The notes: generated by a model not told the origin, from the letters alone. A stretch of DNA of 64,000 nt from an uncultured Verrucomicrobiae bacterium (GCA_963762565.1 CAVXLD010000010.1:192001-256000); one strand, 5' to 3'. Positions 21,323 through 32,350 are shown, counted from the first letter of the stretch. Translations and numbers: made by a program.

Positions 21323-21506
21323 GGGAGGGATCGCGTCCTCGCGATCCGTGGTTACCGAAGCCGAGGACGTGTTGTCATCGCGGTTGAAAATAGACCTTTA
21401 GGTTGTGGCACGTCCTCGCGGCGCGCGGGGATCCGACGTCGCCCCGTGTTGGCAGAAAAATCGATCGGATGCCTTAGGCTATGTCGGACAGGCAGCGCGC
21501 CCTCCC
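21323..21506. repeat. REP-like element, family C copy 2
   Basis: Same motifs in the same order as 10492-10672, with diverged loops. Confidence 0.85.
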
Positions 21507-21605
21507 TGCGAACGCGGCGCGACACAACCCCATCGCGAAACTGCTGGCTGCTCGACCTCTGACGTGGAAGATTTTACACGTTCTCTCTGAGAATGCTGTG
21601 CAACC

Positions 21606-22877
21606 GTGACAGCTGGAGTGAACAAACGGTTAACGGTTATGGTAGGTGACAATCCACGGCACAGTTGCCTCAGAGCCTTGCAGCAATGGGAGTCGTCCAG
21701 GACATTCGCAGACGATGTCCTCCACCGGACACTGGAAGGATGCCGCTTAACCCAGGTCAACCGGGCTTTTGTAACCGAGGCCTTCTACGGTGTCATCCGT
21801 AATCGTTCCTTGTTAGACTTCATTATTGAACGGTTTCGTCCGTCAAAACTGGATAGCAAAACTCGCTTAGTGCTGCAGCTCGGGCTTTACCAGTTGTACA
21901 AAATGCGGGTCGCACCCCACGCCGCAGTTTATGAAACGGTGAACTTGGCCGGACCTGCCAGGTCGTTGGTGAATGCCATACTCAGAAAAGCGATTAACGA
22001 AAGAGAGGCCGTTTTCTCTGACGTCGAGAGCGCGCCGGCTTATATTCGCTGGTCGCACCCGGAGTTTCTCTATTCGCGCTGGAGCGAAGAGCTCGGCTCA
22101 GGCGGTGCAGAAGGCCTCTGCCGATGGAACAACGAACCGGCCAAGATCTATGTTCGGGCCAATCATCTGCTCTCCACCAAAGAAACCCTTCTGGAGAACG
22201 CCGGTGGAGCGCGGCAGTCGGTTTTACATACCGACTGCTTGGAGGTCGATCATTTGCCTGCAAGCTGGATTGCATCGGGCGTGGTGTACGTTCAGGATCC
22301 AAGCACTCTGCTGGCCTGCGAAGTTCTGAACCCGCACCCGGGCGAGAAAGTCTTGGATGCGTGCGCAGCGCCCGGCGGAAAAACCGGCTATCTGGCGCAG
22401 CTAATGGCAAATTCAGGGTCAGTGCTGGCTTGCGATTATGAACCGTCACGGTTAACTCGATTGCGAGAGAACCTAGCCAGGCTAGGCGTTTCCAATACCA
22501 CCGTTATGAGGGTTGATTGGTTACAAGGGCCGCCTTCTCTACCGGACACAAGTTTTGATGCCATTCTGCTCGATGTGCCTTGCACTAACACCGGGGTAAT
22601 TCGTCGCCGGACCGATGTACGCTGGCGGCTTACTCCCGATGATTTCCGGCGGATGCCGAAGTTGCAGACCCGGATCGTTGAGAACGTGGTTCCCTTCCTT
22701 CGCAACGGCGGACGTTTGGTTTACAGCACTTGTAGCGTCGAACCGGAAGAGAACGAGGATGTGGTAAGCCATATCCGAGAGACCATCCCCTGTCTACGGC
22801 TCGTCAGCACCAAAAGCATCCTGCCAACCCGCGATGGGATGGACGGCGCCTTCGTGGCGTTATTCAGCAGAGACTAG
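21606..22877 (+). CDS. rsmB: 16S rRNA m5C967 methyltransferase (Sun/RsmB)
   Basis: NusB-like N-terminus, VQD, LDACAAPGGKT, DVPCT, YSTCS; alternative ATG at 21639. Confidence 0.93.
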   Translation: MTAGVNKRLTVMVGDNPRHSCLRALQQWESSRTFADDVLHRTLEGCRLTQVNRAFVTEAFYGVIRNRSLLDFIIERFRPSKLDSKTRLVLQLGLYQLYKMRVAPHAAVYETVNLAGPARSLVNAILRKAINEREAVFSDVESAPAYIRWSHPEFLYSRWSEELGSGGAEGLCRWNNEPAKIYVRANHLLSTKETLLENAGGARQSVLHTDCLEVDHLPASWIASGVVYVQDPSTLLACEVLNPHPGEKVLDACAAPGGKTGYLAQLMANSGSVLACDYEPSRLTRLRENLARLGVSNTTVMRVDWLQGPPSLPDTSFDAILLDVPCTNTGVIRRRTDVRWRLTPDDFRRMPKLQTRIVENVVPFLRNGGRLVYSTCSVEPEENEDVVSHIRETIPCLRLVSTKSILPTRDGMDGAFVALFSRD

Positions 22878-22885
22878 CCACGCTA

Positions 22886-22959
22886 TTTATGAGACAGGAC
22901 ACTAACGCTGGCCGCGCCGAGTTTTTCGCCCTACCGACCGCCCGGAGCCTCGCCCTACC
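22886..22959. repeat. Stack of three orphan element ends
   Basis: TTTATGAGACAGGACACTAA, then CGCGCCGAGTTTTTCGCCCTACC, then GGAGCCTCGCCCTACC. Confidence 0.8.
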
Positions 22960-22960
22960 A

Positions 22961-23623
22961 TCAACCCATCTTTTGATAGAAACGCAGCGCTTCGATTTTC
23001 TCGGTCAATTCATCCAGCGGATAGATTCCCTGTTCACCGCCCGATCCAGGATCTTGAATCAGATAATGAAACCCGCGTTTGCCAACAATTACTACGAAGT
23101 GAGTGACGCGGCCAGGCAGCCATAACCGAATAATTACCGGGTTACCTTGAAGGAGATTGCTATCGATCAAAAAAAAGGAAGGAAGGTCTTCATAAACCTT
23201 TTTCGCTTTCCCGGGAGTAAAATCCGCTGCTTTCTCCCAGCGTATCCAACCTTCGGGTGTATATCCGTCATGACCGATCAAGAATTGGTTCAGCTGGCCA
23301 GGGTCTAGCTCTAGACCGTAAAACGCCAGAACCATCGCCGCGGAACTCACGGCACAACCTTCCGCAGCCATTGTTCCTTGAGTCCCCGCTAAAGAATCAC
23401 TTGCCCATCTCGGGTCGCCTTGCGCAAATCGGGGTACGGTCAGTCGCACCGGGTAGGGAAAGTACAGGCCCCCATATGCTGCGATTTGGCGAGGCCAGAA
23501 GTAATACCAACTTAGAGCCGATAAGAGAATCACGGCGCCAAAACTGGTAAGCCAAAACCAACCACGTTTTCTAACTCTCCGGTTTACGGCCGGTTTTGAA
23601 TTATCTTTTGTGATGACTGGCAT
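22961..23623 (-). CDS. C39-like peptidase family membrane protein
   Basis: TM helix, FAQGDPRW, GCAVSSAAM (Cys), HFVVIVG (His), IQDPG (Asp). Confidence 0.85.
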   Translation of the reverse strand: MPVITKDNSKPAVNRRVRKRGWFWLTSFGAVILLSALSWYYFWPRQIAAYGGLYFPYPVRLTVPRFAQGDPRWASDSLAGTQGTMAAEGCAVSSAAMVLAFYGLELDPGQLNQFLIGHDGYTPEGWIRWEKAADFTPGKAKKVYEDLPSFFLIDSNLLQGNPVIIRLWLPGRVTHFVVIVGKRGFHYLIQDPGSGGEQGIYPLDELTEKIEALRFYQKMG

Positions 23624-23715
23624 CAGCTGAACTGTTTCGAGTTTAGCACGTTTCTATCACCGCCCGGCGAATTTATTAAATTTGCCCCCAGGCCGGCCTC
23701 ACCTATCGTATTGCT

Positions 23716-24621
23716 GTGAGCGGCACTGCCACGGCGGTCGGGAAACCAATGAAAGGGGGTTCCCTCAAGTACAATCGCCGCGTTCTTATCTTCGTAGTGA
23801 TCGCGATTCCGGTTCTCATAGCGGGGCTTTTTTTCTTCGTTTCAAGACAGCTCCGCCGCGACGAAGGTCTTGGGCTGGAGATTGTGGGGCGGATGCATGT
23901 TGCACGCGAGCAATTGTTCGTGATCCAAGATCTGCTTGATCAAGCAGACAACGCTCAGCGCGGTTACCTTCTAACCGGACAATTAAGTAACCTATTACCC
24001 TTTTGGCTGGCAAAAGCTGAACTGCCCCCGCAATTGTTGAATCTTCGCCAAGTTTTGGCGGCAGACCCGCGGCAACTTGCCGAAGTCGCGCGTTTAACCA
24101 GCGCCATCCAAAGAAAATTCGATGAGTTTAGCCAAAGTATTGCTCTAAAAGAGAACGGAAATACAACCGAAGCAATCGCTATGCTGCTTTCACCAGGGGG
24201 TGGATCACTACTCAGCGAGATTCACTCAGCGATCTTTGCACTGCAGGCCTACGAAAATACCGTTCTGGCTGAACGTAACGCAAACAACGATGCTCAATTG
24301 GATTTGCGGGATGATATTTCCACGATCCTGTTGGCGACCAGCACGTTGGTAGTCGTCGGAGCTGGCATCCTGTTTTTACGGATACTACAACTTCAGAACA
24401 TTATAACAGTCTGCGCTTGGACCCAACGGGTAAACTACCGAGGCAAGTGGATGCGCATGGAGGAGTTTCTCTGGCAAAGGTTCCGCGTTAAGGTTTCCCA
24501 CGGTATTTCGGAAGAGGCTTTTGATGGGGTAATGGGCCTCGTGGGAAAGAATCTAACAATTCCCGATAATCGCGGCGACCGGACGCCCCTCGGCGGTACT
24601 GATGGACCAAAAACCAAGTAG
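23716..24621 (+). CDS. CHASE3-domain membrane sensor without a kinase domain
   Basis: TM - ADNAQRGYLLTG (CHASE3) - TM - short tail CAWT...W...SHGIS. Confidence 0.85.
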   Translation: MSGTATAVGKPMKGGSLKYNRRVLIFVVIAIPVLIAGLFFFVSRQLRRDEGLGLEIVGRMHVAREQLFVIQDLLDQADNAQRGYLLTGQLSNLLPFWLAKAELPPQLLNLRQVLAADPRQLAEVARLTSAIQRKFDEFSQSIALKENGNTTEAIAMLLSPGGGSLLSEIHSAIFALQAYENTVLAERNANNDAQLDLRDDISTILLATSTLVVVGAGILFLRILQLQNIITVCAWTQRVNYRGKWMRMEEFLWQRFRVKVSHGISEEAFDGVMGLVGKNLTIPDNRGDRTPLGGTDGPKTK

Positions 24622-25507
24622 CAAGTTCTTTCGATCCGTTGGACTCGTCTCGCTAGCGCTGAGCTCGGCACTGCTGTTCAACGCGTGTTCCACCTGGCCG
24701 GGGTCTGGCAGCAAGAGTACGCTTTGGCAGATCACGGGCGCACACAATTCCGTGTACCTGATGGGATCGATCCATGTCCTCCCTGCGTCCGCTTACCCTT
24801 TGCGCCCGGCTCTGCAAGTCGCGTTCAATAAATCGCAGCGCGTCGTATTCGAAGTCGATTTAAACACGGTTTCTCAACAGGCAGTGTTGCGCGAGTTCGA
24901 AGAAGTCGGCGTCTACCCGCCTGGCGATAGCCTGGAGCATCATGTTTCCCGGCAAACCATTAAGCTAGTCAAGCAAGTGCTGGCAAATCTCGGTATCTCC
25001 TACCAGAAAGCGAAGCGCTTCAAACCGGCGCTGCTGGGAGAGCTGATCACGAGCCGATACACAGAGTTAGCCGGGTTTAGAGAGGATCTCGGGGTTGATC
25101 GATACTTTTACTACCAGGCGAAGAATACTCGTAAACCGGTATTGGGTTTGGAAACGATCCGGGACCAAGCCCGAGTCCTTTCAGACGACTCCTCAGGCGA
25201 AGCCCGCTTGGTAGAGGCAATTGCCTCGTTACCGGCGGCAAAAGAAGTCCTCGACCAACTGGTGGACGCCTGGAAGGACGGCCGGATCAATACCCTGGAT
25301 CGCTTGTTGAATCAGGATGAATGGAGCGATCCCAAGAGTTTCGAATCGATGTTTTTAACCCGAAACCAGAAGTGGTTGCCGCAGATAGAACGCTTCCTCA
25401 CGGGCGACAGCAATTACCTGGTGATCGTTGGCTCAGGACATCTGGTTGGTGATCACGGTCTGGTCAGAGCTTTGCAGGAACGGGGTTATCAGGTCAAACA
25501 GCTGTAA
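24602..25507 (+). CDS. TraB/GumN family putative lipoprotein
   Basis: LFNAC lipobox-like motif, YLMGSIH, GVD, GLET, RNQKW, VGSGHLVG. Confidence 0.9.
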   Translation: MDQKPSSKFFRSVGLVSLALSSALLFNACSTWPGSGSKSTLWQITGAHNSVYLMGSIHVLPASAYPLRPALQVAFNKSQRVVFEVDLNTVSQQAVLREFEEVGVYPPGDSLEHHVSRQTIKLVKQVLANLGISYQKAKRFKPALLGELITSRYTELAGFREDLGVDRYFYYQAKNTRKPVLGLETIRDQARVLSDDSSGEARLVEAIASLPAAKEVLDQLVDAWKDGRINTLDRLLNQDEWSDPKSFESMFLTRNQKWLPQIERFLTGDSNYLVIVGSGHLVGDHGLVRALQERGYQVKQL

Positions 25508-25525
25508 CCTGCAACGGCAGGATTT

Positions 25526-25736
25526 GGTGGGGCGAGGCTCCCGCGAAAGACTGCGGCTTCGCGACGCCCTCGGTTTTGCCTTAGGAACGGGCCGATTAGG
25601 ACTAAAAGCGCGCCGAGCCGTGGTCTATCGCTGGGTCACGGCTCGGCGCGCGCCACAGTCGAGCGGAGCTTTTCGGAGAGTCAGGATCATCCCCTTCCGC
25701 GAAATTTTAAAGGTCCGGCGGGAGCCTCGCCCCACC
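25526..25736. repeat. Split-REP inverted doublet, family B copy 2
   Basis: GGTGGGGCGAGGCTCC-70-GCCGAGCCG-18-CGGCTCGGC-73-GGAGCCTCGCCCCACC. Confidence 0.92.
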
Positions 25737-25761
25737 AAAGTTCCCGTCCATTCCGCTATCG

Positions 25762-27228
25762 TCACTCTCCGAACGTCTTCGCCTCGCCCTTGAGCCCGTC
25801 TTCTACTACCTCAATCTTTATCAGGTTGGTCTTGCCAGAAACGTTGTAGGGAGTGCCGGCAACGATCGTAAGGACGTCGCTGGGCTGCGCCTGCAGTACT
25901 TTCACCGCAGCTTCGGCGCTCATTTTCACCAGGTTTGCCGTTCCGCTAATCGCAGGGACCAAAACTGATTCGACACCCCAAATCAGACTCATCCGGCGGC
26001 AGGTCTCGGGAGACGAACAGAGCGCGATGACCGGCATCTTCGGCCGATGGCAAGCAACTCGGCGAACCGTCGTACCGGAGGTGGTAGCGGCTACGATCGC
26101 CCGAGCCGACACCGAGCTGGCGATCATCGCCGTCGCTTGTCCGACTGCGCCATCGAGATCAGCTACTCGACGTAATTCCCCGGAGCTTGGCAACTCGCCG
26201 CGCATCCAGGCCAATTCCGCTCGGCCAGCGATGGTCGCCATCGTGGCCACAACCTCTACCGGAAATTTACCGACCGCAGATTCTCCGGATAGCATCACTG
26301 CGTCCGTGCCATCCAAAATAGCGTTCGCCACGTCGGCAGCCTCGGCTCGGGTCGGCTTATGAAAGGTCGTCATCGACTCCAGCATTTGAGTCGCAGTAAT
26401 CACCGGAACCCCTGCTTGCCGGCAAACCGCGATAATTCGCTTCTGGGCAATAGGGACATCTTCGAAACTCATCTCCAAAGCCAAGTCGCCTCTAGCTACC
26501 ATCACCCCGAAGCATTCCTTGACGATATTTTCGATGTCTTCGAGTGCATTCTGTCTCTCGATCTTAGCTATTACGGGTATGCTGGATCCTCGTTCCGCCA
26601 GGGTTTGTTTCAGAAACCGGACATCGGCCGCAGACTGCACGAATGACAGGGCCAGAAAATCGAGTTCCTGCGACACGGCAAAATCCAGGTCCTGATAGTC
26701 TTTCGTCGTCAGAGAAGGTAAGGAGATAAGCCGATTTTTTAGGTTTACGCCTTTATTGCTCTTCAAGTCACCGCCGCGGGTCACCTCGCAAAGGACTTCC
26801 CCGCCAGCGAGGCGATCTAAGACCTGGAGCTCGATGTTGCCGTCATCTAATAAAACGATCGTCCCGTGGGCGACATCGTTTGCCAGGCCTCGGAAACTGA
26901 CTCCGATCTTTTCAGGCGTTCCGATGACCGGGCTCGGTGTGAGCACGATTTTTCCACCCTGTTCCAGATTAATAACGCCATCCTGCATTTCGCCCACTCG
27001 GATGCGAGGGCCGCGCAAATCCCCAAGAATCCCGACGAAGACCCCGAGCTCGTCGGCCACCTTCCGGATCCGCGCTACGAGCGGTTTGGCTTGCTCAGCC
27101 GAACGGTGGGAAAAGTTGAGCCGAACCACATCCATCCCGGCGTCGATCAGACGCCGGAGCATCTCTTCGCTATCGCTTGCTGGACCAATCGTTGCAACAA
27201 TCTTTGTTCGTTTAGCAGGTCGAGCCAT
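25762..27228 (-). CDS. pyk: Pyruvate kinase
   Basis: TKIVATIGPAS, RLNFSH, AKIER, MVARGDL, TATQMLESM, DAVMLSGES. Confidence 0.97.
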   Translation of the reverse strand: MARPAKRTKIVATIGPASDSEEMLRRLIDAGMDVVRLNFSHRSAEQAKPLVARIRKVADELGVFVGILGDLRGPRIRVGEMQDGVINLEQGGKIVLTPSPVIGTPEKIGVSFRGLANDVAHGTIVLLDDGNIELQVLDRLAGGEVLCEVTRGGDLKSNKGVNLKNRLISLPSLTTKDYQDLDFAVSQELDFLALSFVQSAADVRFLKQTLAERGSSIPVIAKIERQNALEDIENIVKECFGVMVARGDLALEMSFEDVPIAQKRIIAVCRQAGVPVITATQMLESMTTFHKPTRAEAADVANAILDGTDAVMLSGESAVGKFPVEVVATMATIAGRAELAWMRGELPSSGELRRVADLDGAVGQATAMIASSVSARAIVAATTSGTTVRRVACHRPKMPVIALCSSPETCRRMSLIWGVESVLVPAISGTANLVKMSAEAAVKVLQAQPSDVLTIVAGTPYNVSGKTNLIKIEVVEDGLKGEAKTFGE

Positions 27229-27468
27229 GGCACGCACAGTGTCCCATGGTTCTCTTGTGCGTCAAACGAACGGGCTGGCGGTTGGGGGCAGTCAGCCGAG
27301 TCGTCATCCAATACGCTTCGACAAAACACGGATGGGACCTATGGGACTTATGGGACCTCTATGACTACAGACTTATCGGGCGCGTAAGGTCGACTCGCGC
27401 GATTCTCTCTGCGTACCAGTCAACTCTTAGTGGCGCAAAGCCGCTCCCTCTGCAATGTTGTGGGTCCC

Positions 27469-27858
27469 ATGGAGGCACCAAGACTTCAATTATCGCTCCT
27501 GCCCGACGTGCTTGCCGTGTGCAGGTTAGAACCTTCTGACCCAATTCCGGAGTGGGCAACCCGTACCGGCTTCTTCTCCGTCTCGCGAAGCATGGATCAA
27601 CTTTCGATCGTTTGCGCGAATTCGGAGGTCGGCGATGATGTTCGGGCCAGTAAAGGTTGGCGCGCGATCAAGATTGAGGGACCTCTGGACCTCGATTTGG
27701 TAGGTATTCTTGTCTCAGTTGCTGTCCCGCTGGCTCATGCCGGCATCGGTATCCTACCAATTGGTACATTTGACACCGACTACATATTGGTACGTGACCG
27801 GCAGCTGACTCAAGCGATCAAGGCACTTCGCGCTACCGGCTTCCACATTGTGGATTGA
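27469..27858 (+). CDS. ACT-domain protein (CASTOR/ACT_7-like)
   Basis: LSIVC, WRAIKIEGPLDLDLVGIL, TFDTDYILV. Confidence 0.88.
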   Translation: MEAPRLQLSLLPDVLAVCRLEPSDPIPEWATRTGFFSVSRSMDQLSIVCANSEVGDDVRASKGWRAIKIEGPLDLDLVGILVSVAVPLAHAGIGILPIGTFDTDYILVRDRQLTQAIKALRATGFHIVD

Positions 27859-28064
27859 GTTCGGCGTTCGGCGTTCACCGTTTGGCGTTCGGCGTTCGCG
27901 GCAGCACGGTGGCCTATTAGTCCCATGTGTCTCATTGAGCCCGTGGCGCCGTAGGCTTTGCGAAGGCGCATCCCATCCGTTCGACCGCCCAACGATCACC
28001 ATTTCTCCCAGCCCGTGCTAACGGTGAACGCCAAACGCCAGAACGCCGAACGCCGAACGCGAAC
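27859..28064. repeat. Inverted arrays of the GGCGTTC heptamer
   Basis: GTTCGGCGTTCGGCGTTCACCGTTTGGCGTTC... / ...AACGCCGAACGCCGAAC. Confidence 0.88.
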
Positions 28065-28108
28065 CGTTTGCAAAACCGCCGAATAAATGCATGCTTGCCG
28101 TTCTTCAA

Positions 28109-29362
28109 ATGGAACTGCAGCGTCTGCCTGGCTTTCGCGACTTTTATCCCGAGGATAACGCCTGGCTAAATTACATTACTGACTCCTGGCGCACGACGGC
28201 CGCGAATTTCGGTTTCGCGGAGTACGATGGCCCTACTTTGGAGTCGACGGACCTTTACCGAAAAAAGAGCGGCGAGGAGCTAAAGTCGCAGTTATTCCGA
28301 TTCGTCGACCAAGGCGGCCGTGACGTTTGTCTCCGGCCTGAAATGACCCCTACGCTAGCGCGTCTGGTTGCAGCCAGGGAACGCGATTTTAAGAAGCCGA
28401 TAAAATGGTTCAGCATTTCTCCTTTTTTCCGGTTCGAGAAACCGCAGAAAGGGCGACTACGCGAATTCTATCAGATCAATTGCGATCTCATTGGTGACGA
28501 TTCACCGGCCGCCGACGCCGAATTGATCTCACTCGCTATTCATTTGCTGCGTGGATTCGGCTTAACCGAAAATGATTTCTCTGTCCGTCTAAGTAATCGC
28601 AATTTGTGGTCCGATTTTCTCAAGCGCCACAACCTACCCCTTGATCGAACGGCGGAATTTCTTGGCATCATCGACAAGCTCGGTCGCGAAGAGGAAAGCC
28701 GATTGTCCGAGAAGCTTACTGCCTTCAACCTGGACCTTGAGCAGATTCATACTTTCTTGGCCACACCCACTGAGCAGTTGCCTGGGTTCGAAGAACTGTT
28801 CCGCGAGCTTCGGTGGCGTGGGATCGAGGCGTTCTGTGAGCTGGATCTAACCATCGTACGGGGGCTGGATTATTACTCGGGCCTGGTATTTGAACTGTTT
28901 GATCGCCGGCAGGAAAATCGCGCCATCGCCGGCGGAGGGCGTTATGACAAACTGATCGAGGTTATCAGCGATGCATCCGTCGATCTGCCTGCGGCTGGTT
29001 TCGCCATCGGCGACGTTGTTTTACGAAATTTCTTGGAAGAATTGCCGCACACCCGAGCATTAGCAACGGAACGGATGGCTAGACGTTCTTTGCGAGGATA
29101 CATTGTCATCGCAAGTGAGTCTCAAAGAGCGGAAGCGATCAGACTCGCGACCCGACTAAGAGAAGCCGGGATATCGGTCGATTTCCCGCTTCAAGCGGCA
29201 AAAGTAGCTAAACAATTTCAAACCGCTGAATCACTGGGCGCCCAATACGCGGTGGTGGTCGGACAAGAGTGGCCACAGATTCGACTGAAGAACTTGCGTA
29301 CGCGAGCGGAATCCGTGGTGCTAGAAACGGAGCTTGAAACTAACCTAAAATTGGAAAACTGA
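28109..29362 (+). CDS. hisS: Histidine--tRNA ligase
   Basis: [44 protein letters not shown], anticodon domain present. Confidence 0.95.
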   Translation: MELQRLPGFRDFYPEDNAWLNYITDSWRTTAANFGFAEYDGPTLESTDLYRKKSGEELKSQLFRFVDQGGRDVCLRPEMTPTLARLVAARERDFKKPIKWFSISPFFRFEKPQKGRLREFYQINCDLIGDDSPAADAELISLAIHLLRGFGLTENDFSVRLSNRNLWSDFLKRHNLPLDRTAEFLGIIDKLGREEESRLSEKLTAFNLDLEQIHTFLATPTEQLPGFEELFRELRWRGIEAFCELDLTIVRGLDYYSGLVFELFDRRQENRAIAGGGRYDKLIEVISDASVDLPAAGFAIGDVVLRNFLEELPHTRALATERMARRSLRGYIVIASESQRAEAIRLATRLREAGISVDFPLQAAKVAKQFQTAESLGAQYAVVVGQEWPQIRLKNLRTRAESVVLETELETNLKLEN

Positions 29363-29364
29363 CC

Positions 29365-31128
29365 ATGTATCGGACGCACCATTGCAACCAATTGCGAGCT
29401 GCCGATGAAGGGCAAACGGTCACATTGTCTGGCTGGGTTGCTTCTCAGCGGGACCACGGAGGCGTGATCTTTATCGATCTACGAGACCGGGAGGGTATCA
29501 CCCAGATCGTCTTTCGGCCTGAGGATTATCCCGCGATCGCCAAGGAAGCACAGACTTTGCACGACGAGGACGTTATCCAGATAAAAGGCAAAGTAGCGCC
29601 TCGTCTGGAAGGGACGATCAACCCAAAACTGCCGACCGGAGAAATTGAGGTAGTGGTTTCAGAGTTAAATATTTTGAACCATTGCGCGCCGCTGCCGTTC
29701 CAGCTGGATGCCAACCTCAGCAATGAAGATCTTCGGTTGACCTACCGCTACCTTGACTTGCGGCGACCAGCTATGGTCCGCCAGCTATGGGCTAGACACA
29801 TTCTCAACCGAACAACAAGAACCTATCTGGATCGCGAGGGCTTCTTGGAAATTGAGACCCCAATTCTCTCGAAAAGCACACCGGAAGGAGCCAGAGAATT
29901 CTTGGTACCGAGCCGGGTTATGCCGGGCTCGTTCTATGCGTTGGCCCAATCACCTCAGCAATACAAGCAGTTGTTGATGGTGGCAGGCGCAGAAAAGTAT
30001 TTCCAGATTGCTAAATGCTTTCGGGATGAAGATCCACGCGCCGACCGAATCACGGAGCTTACCCAAGTTGACATCGAGGCTTCGTTCATCACCCCAGAGG
30101 ATATCTTCCGCTTGGTCGAAGGTCTGCTAAAAGAGATTTTCGTTGCTACCAGAGAGGTAAACATCCCGACGCCATTCTTAAGGTTGAGTTACCAGGAAGC
30201 GATGGATCGTTTTGGCAGCGACAAACCTGACATGCGATTTGGGACAGAGCTGATTGATCTCAGTGATTCATTCAAGAACACTCAATTCAAAGTATTCAGA
30301 ACCGCTCTGGATCAGAAAGGCGTGGTAAAGGCAATCAATGCAAAAGGATTTGCTAACATCACGACCGGCCAGATAGAGGAAGTAACCAACGTAGCTAAGC
30401 AAGCGGGTGCTAAAGGATTAGCCTTTATCAAAGTCGAAAACGGAGAATGGAAGTCGCCTATCGTCAAGTTTTTCTCCGAGTCGGAACGAGAGGCCCTTAC
30501 CACGAAAATGGGGATCGAAGAGGGCGATCTTATCCTTTTCGCGGCAGATAGCCGGGATGTGGTTAGTACCGTGCTCGGGCGACTTCGGTTAAAGGTAGCC
30601 GAATTCACCAAGTTAGTTACGGATCCGGACGAATTAAAATTTCTCTGGGTGACTGACTTCCCCTTGATGTCATTTGACCCCGCCGAGAATAAATGGAATG
30701 CCATGCATCATCCATTTACTCGTCCCAAAACGGAGGATATCCCGTTCCTGGAGCAGGGTGAATTTGGGAAAGTCCGAGCGGTCGCTTACGATGTGGTGTT
30801 AAACGGTGTCGAAATCGGCGGAGGCAGCCTGCGTATTCATGAGCCGGCGCTTCAGCAGAAGGTTTTTTCCGCTCTGGGCATCAGCCCGCAACAGCAGCAG
30901 AAACTGTTTCCACATTTGTTGAGCGCGTTTTCTTTCGGTGCCCCGCCCCACGGCGGGATCGCTCTGGGAATCGATCGGCTTTTGATGCTAATCACGGGCA
31001 CCACGAACATTCGGGACGTAATCGCCTTCCCGAAAAACAGTCGCGGTCAGGACTTGATGATGGACGCGCCGACCGAGGTCCCCGACAAACAGCTGCGCGA
31101 ACTCAATTTAACGATCCGTAAAGTGTGA
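29365..31128 (+). CDS. aspS: Aspartate--tRNA ligase
   Basis: [44 protein letters not shown]. Confidence 0.98.
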   Translation: MYRTHHCNQLRAADEGQTVTLSGWVASQRDHGGVIFIDLRDREGITQIVFRPEDYPAIAKEAQTLHDEDVIQIKGKVAPRLEGTINPKLPTGEIEVVVSELNILNHCAPLPFQLDANLSNEDLRLTYRYLDLRRPAMVRQLWARHILNRTTRTYLDREGFLEIETPILSKSTPEGAREFLVPSRVMPGSFYALAQSPQQYKQLLMVAGAEKYFQIAKCFRDEDPRADRITELTQVDIEASFITPEDIFRLVEGLLKEIFVATREVNIPTPFLRLSYQEAMDRFGSDKPDMRFGTELIDLSDSFKNTQFKVFRTALDQKGVVKAINAKGFANITTGQIEEVTNVAKQAGAKGLAFIKVENGEWKSPIVKFFSESEREALTTKMGIEEGDLILFAADSRDVVSTVLGRLRLKVAEFTKLVTDPDELKFLWVTDFPLMSFDPAENKWNAMHHPFTRPKTEDIPFLEQGEFGKVRAVAYDVVLNGVEIGGGSLRIHEPALQQKVFSALGISPQQQQKLFPHLLSAFSFGAPPHGGIALGIDRLLMLITGTTNIRDVIAFPKNSRGQDLMMDAPTEVPDKQLRELNLTIRKV

Positions 31129-31151
31129 TTTTGGGGCGTCGCCAAGGAAGG

Positions 31152-31441
31152 AATAGCCGCAAAAGAACGCAGAGAACGCAAAGAAAACAAACTTGGTGGG
31201 GCGAGGCTCCGGAACGTTCGAGAAACTTTCGCAGCGCGAAATACTTTGCATTGGTATATGGGATGCAACCCCTGAAAACTGCCGAGCCGCGGGTTGCGTG
31301 ACCCACGGCTCGGCAGCTATTAGACGATGCACCCTAGATACCGGCGAAACGTCATCTCTCCCTGCGAGCTCTTTCCGGTCTTTCCTGAGCCTCGCCCCAC
31401 CAAAAGCTTTTCTGCGTTCCTTGCGCTCTTTTGTGGCTATT
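31152..31441. repeat. Family B copy 3 (31195-31401) inside a GAACGCAAA-type inverted shell
   Basis: Core spacing 70/16/71 nt; shell ATAGCCGCAAAAGAACGCAGAGAACGCAAAG / TCTGCGTTCCTTGCGCTCTTTTGTGGCTAT. Confidence 0.92.
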
Positions 31442-31453
31442 TCCTCTTAGATG

Positions 31454-32254
31454 CTACTGCGACTTCGGGGTCGCTTGAGCTGGAGCCTGTTTGTCGTCCT
31501 TTTTGATCCCTAGTAGTTCGACTTCGAAAACCAGGGTTGAACCCGGCGCAATATCGTCCCCTTCGCCCTCGTCGCCATAGGCCAACTCAGGTGGGAGATA
31601 AAGTTGCCACTTCGAGCCAACCGGCATCAGCTTCAGGGCCTCGGACCAACCCTTGATCACTTCATTCACTGGAAACGAAACCGGACCGCCGTTCTTCGAG
31701 GAACTGTCAAACTCTTTGCCGTCGATCAAAGTGCCCCGATAATTCACCTCTACGACGTCTGTATCCTTCGGTTTCTCGCCGTTGCCGTTCTTGACTACCT
31801 TATACTGAAGTCCATCGGCTAAGGTGGTCACGCCGGGCTGTTTACCGTTTGAATCCAAGAACTTCTTGCCGTCGACCTTGTTCTTTTCGGCCGTGACTTT
31901 CATGTCCTGTTGTTTTTGTACCATGGCCTCCTCGCGCTGTTGGGCGAGCTTTTGCTGGAACCCCTGCATCACCTGTTGGAGCTCAGCATCGGAAAGGGCC
32001 TTAGGCTTATTTCCGAGCACATCTGTTATTCCCTGAGTTAAAGCGCTCTGATTTAGCTCCGCCGGAATCCGCTGAAGGGTTTTACCGATGTCGACACCAA
32101 TCGTGTAGCTAAGTTTGTCCTTGTCGTCCTTGAAGGCGCTACTGGACGATGGCTGGCTGGCGGCAGGAGACGGGCTGGGCTTCGCGTCTTCCGCATAGAC
32201 ACTCGGCGCCAACGCCAGAACGGCTATAAGTATAGGGGTCCGTTTCATAAACAT
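31454..32254 (-). CDS. FKBP-type peptidyl-prolyl isomerase (Mip/FkpA-like)
   Basis: Signal peptide, LSYTIG, GLQYKV, YRGTLIDGKEFDSS, VIKGWSEAL, LVFEVEL. Confidence 0.96.
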   Translation of the reverse strand: MFMKRTPILIAVLALAPSVYAEDAKPSPSPAASQPSSSSAFKDDKDKLSYTIGVDIGKTLQRIPAELNQSALTQGITDVLGNKPKALSDAELQQVMQGFQQKLAQQREEAMVQKQQDMKVTAEKNKVDGKKFLDSNGKQPGVTTLADGLQYKVVKNGNGEKPKDTDVVEVNYRGTLIDGKEFDSSSKNGGPVSFPVNEVIKGWSEALKLMPVGSKWQLYLPPELAYGDEGEGDDIAPGSTLVFEVELLGIKKDDKQAPAQATPKSQ

Positions 32255-32350
32255 CGCAGGAGACTCTACGCAAAGGGTTCAGCCCGCAAGGGGAAAACTA
32301 GGAAATGCCGGTAACGCGTTGAGTCAGGGAACGCCCTCGGCCCATGCGAG

